64,000 nt of DNA from the NCBI GenBank assembly GCA_965655095.1, contig OZ296649.1, forward strand, positions 44,144,001-44,208,000. Reading direction: 5' to 3'. This document shows, piece by piece, positions 61,801-64,000 of the stretch (position 1 is its first letter; every line of letters starts with the position of its first letter). The notes beneath the pieces were generated by a model. It searched no databases, was not told where the DNA came from, and saw only the letters and a list, made by a program, of their open reading frames with translations. A program made the position numbers and the translations under genes. The stretch is from Haplodiscus bocki (Eukaryota).

Positions 61801-64000
61801 GTTGAATGATTCCCGTTTACTCTATGCATTACTTTTCAGAATGTGCTCTTTGGATGTGACTGTAGATTGAACCGACGACAGCCATGGACTGGCACTGTGG
61901 ATCAATTTTTTTAAAATCAAAACATCGAGAAAATAACCCCGGAAAAAAACAAGCTGTGATTTTGCAAAACGGAAAAAAACTGGATAACATTATAGGAACA
62001 CAAAAATGTTGGTGGTTTCTTAGAAGAATCTTTGGAATTAGCAGGTCTACTTCACCAAAAATTCAGACCCAGAGACACATTCATATTAAAAGTGCCACCA
62101 ATCCTCAACCAGGCGGAAAATAATGAACCAACAATAGAAATTCAATGGAAAGACGACACGTCAATACTACAATCACAAAACATTCTTGATCCTGGAGATT
62201 TGCGATAATCTAGCAGCGCAACACGTTTTGTGGAACTACCAATAGGACAATGTACAATTAATTGGGTTTTTGAATGCTGCCTTGACAAAACGATTAAGAG
62301 AAGCTCGCTCTCAATTATATTTTCCTGGAAAACATTCGAAAGGTCAAGAATAGGAGGCCACAAGCAGAATCTTTTCAGGCACAAAGTTAAGTACCTACAA
62401 CATTTATAGAAACAACATTTATTTCCAGAAGTCCGGATACAAGAACAATTTTCACGAACCTAACCGGACTTTAATCGAACTGACACTCAGGTTTTTATCA
62501 TTTAGTTTGATATTGTTTCTTTAGTTAGTGTATTTTGTTCGATTTTAGTTATTTTGCAAAGTTGAAGCTTTCCGATGCGGATATACCAAATATCTGCTTT
62601 TACTTTTAATAATTTCCTGCGAAAATATTTTCCGAAAAGAAAAAGCTCTATTCACTAGGCGGAGTTTCTTTTCCTTCTCCTGTAACTGCCTATGAAGCGC
62701 AGACTTCGTGTCCTCAGAGTCGTTAGAGGCTGGCATACAACATATGTTGGATGACACGGCGGTTAGGTCGCCGACAGATACGTGGTTCGAATTCCGCTAC
62801 TGATCAACATTTTTTAGCGCCCTTTTAGCTACTCGTTAACAAGTTCTTATTTTTACCAGAAAAAAAAGTTTTCCTACAAAAATTTAGAATTCTTTGGTAA
62901 ATGGGCTTTTGATTTCCAAAAATTACTTCTTTTGCGCCATGACTGAAACAAACTGTTCGTTTTCCATTTTTCTCAAAAACAACTTAGAAAAACTTCCGAT
63001 TTTCCTAACAAACCGAAAAGAAGTCCAAAAATTAAAAGTCTGATGGAAAAAATAATATGAAAATTAAATCTTTGCACAGTTTTATCCAGTTTCAATGTTT
63101 CAATTTTTTTACCTTCCTAAACCATCCAGAAGCAGAAAATGCAAAACTTTTCAGATTAAAACGTCTGCTGCATCACATTGTTCTGCGATCCTGACATTGA
63201 GATAAAATCAAGAAGCCCAATTAGTTTTGATAATCCTTGATGCCCAAACTCGCTTCTATTCAAAAAACCTAAATCTCCAATCTAGATATCAACCGAAAAC
63301 TTCCTATCCGTGATGAACTGTTTCATTAAAGAAGTACTATTTTTGATCATTGCATTTTTATCTTGTTAGTCATGACAAGTATAACAAGTCCTCATTTCAG
63401 TAACTTTTATCGATTTTCAAACTCTTTTTTCTCAACAACTACTCTTCATTTCCGACATCAAGTCTCAACCGAAATCTTGACATTTTTGGAGGATGATTCA
63501 AGTGAAAAGGCATAAATTCTGATCTTTCCATTATTGACCCGATAGTCAGGAATTTCAGAAAAGCTCAATAATATTGACTTGTCTCCAATTTTAAACTCAT
63601 AATTCTCAGTAACTACAGCTATGATTTCTCCCACCAAGGTCTTCAGCTAAAATTTTCTTGCGGATGAGGATTCATATAACAAATCTTTTCTTTTGATCCA
63701 TGCGTCAAATTCAGGACAGTCCGTATTTTCCAAAAAAGTGCATTTTTTTCTTTCGCTCGATCTTCAAACTTTCTTTTTTTCAGCCACTACAACTTGAATT
63801 TCCTATATTAGGTTCCCAAATGGAATATTAGCACTTTTAGACAAATATTTATCAGAACAATAATTCGTTTTCGATTTTTCCTTTGCGTCGGAACCCTGAT
63901 AACCAAAAATTACAAAAAAAAACATTTCAATTTTGATTGTTGTCTTATTTCAAAATCATATTTCCCCCAATCAAAAGGCTTTATCTTCTCCATCAGGCTC

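Overview
AT-rich animal (probably invertebrate; inferred) genomic DNA. It carries the 3' part of a spliced TRPC-family (canonical transient receptor potential) cation-channel gene on the + strand: 11 exons from 8305 to 55865, phase-consistent except for one unresolved donor; the ankyrin-repeat 5' exons were not found in the window. The 24.6-kb intron 21483-46059 contains a complete 17,783-bp endogenous Polinton/Maverick-type dsDNA virus (25227-43009). The element has ~560-bp terminal inverted repeats (TIRs) and an exact 6-bp target-site duplication (TSD, AATGTT). It carries decayed genes for protein-primed PolB, rve integrase, A32-like packaging ATPase, minor and major capsid proteins and an adenain-like protease, plus several unusual accessory genes: a candidate fibre with a MAM-like head, a candidate protease-processed amphipathic virion protein, an HNH-type nuclease and Zn-finger paralogues. 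Most of its ORFs start at TAAATG, and its ends are AAT-AAT rather than the canonical AG. Other introns and flanks hold a Mutator-like element with a 9-bp TSD, LINE and hAT remnants, a MITE, tRNA-derived SINE-like heads, short tandem repeats and a 200-N assembly gap. All protein assignments come from manual motif recognition; no database searches were run.
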